From Aulosira sp. ZfuVER01 (GTDB lineage: Bacteria > Cyanobacteriota > Cyanobacteriia > Cyanobacteriales > Nostocaceae), in the NCBI GenBank assembly GCA_034530615.2, contig JAVRCV020000034.1, positions 92,344 to 156,343 on the forward strand: 64,000 nucleotides of DNA. Reading direction: 5' to 3'. The translations under genes and the position numbers were made by a program. How positions within the stretch are numbered: position 1 is the first letter of the stretch; each line of letters starts with the position of its first letter. Under the pieces are notes generated by a model. The model saw only the letters and a list, made by a program, of their open reading frames with translations, was not told the DNA's origin and made no database searches. This document shows, one piece after another, positions 63,599 to 64,000 of this stretch.

Positions 63599-63919
63599 AT
63601 GCTCATCAGTTGGATTTACCTTATTGCAGCAGTAATATTTGAAGTTATCGGTACAACTTGCATGAAGTTATCGCAAGGATTTACTAAAGTTACTCCTTCT
63701 ATATTGGTATTTGCATCTTATGGACTTTGTTTAACTTTTCTCACACTTTGTCTTAAAAAAATTGAAATTAGTGTTGCTTATTCTTTTTGGGCGGGATTAG
63801 GGACTACACTCATTGCACTCATAGGTATTTTTTGGTTCCGGGAATCTATGAGTAGCGTTAAACTCATATCTATCACATTGATTGTTATTGGGGTGATTGG
63901 TTTGAATTCAGGTAAGTAA
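63599..63919 (+). CDS. SMR family multidrug efflux transporter
   Basis: WIYLIAAVIFEVIGTTCMKLSQGFT, VAYSFWAGLG. Confidence 0.9.
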   Translation: MLISWIYLIAAVIFEVIGTTCMKLSQGFTKVTPSILVFASYGLCLTFLTLCLKKIEISVAYSFWAGLGTTLIALIGIFWFRESMSSVKLISITLIVIGVIGLNSGK

Positions 63920-64000
63920 TACCAATTTACAAAAATCCTGATACATATCTGTGCGTTCGCTGATTTTTAACTAGTAATCAGGAATTAAGTCTTGCAGAGT

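Overview
A 64-kb chromosomal segment of a heterocystous cyanobacterium (Nostocales-like). This rests on abundant HIP1 octamers (GCGATCGC), STRR-type heptamer repeats, the split-intein dnaE-c gene and a Yfr2 sRNA. Housekeeping genes include udg, dnaE-c, gatA, ahcY, purH, coaBC, ureEFG, gpx, a Prx-Grx hybrid and two mscS genes. Interleaved with them are candidate conflict/defence genes: a caspase with an EAD9-like tail, NADAR, a PD-(D/E)XK protein, an ABC-ATPase+DUF4276 pair, a DUF262-like/HNH nuclease, an RHH+HNH pair and Uma2. There are also many very small repeated or mobile elements, including a 24-nt insert in a HIP1 site inside a gene and a nested array upstream of purH. The most unusual locus is the kdp region. 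It has a ~14 x 21-bp tandem array between kdpA and kdpB whose open frame bridges the kdpA stop to the kdpB start. It also has a KdpF-extended small gene, a Ser/Thr kinase inserted before a kinase-less KdpD, and a divergent membrane histidine kinase/NarL-type regulator pair that may supply the missing half of KdpD. All family assignments come from motif recognition by eye; no database searches were run.
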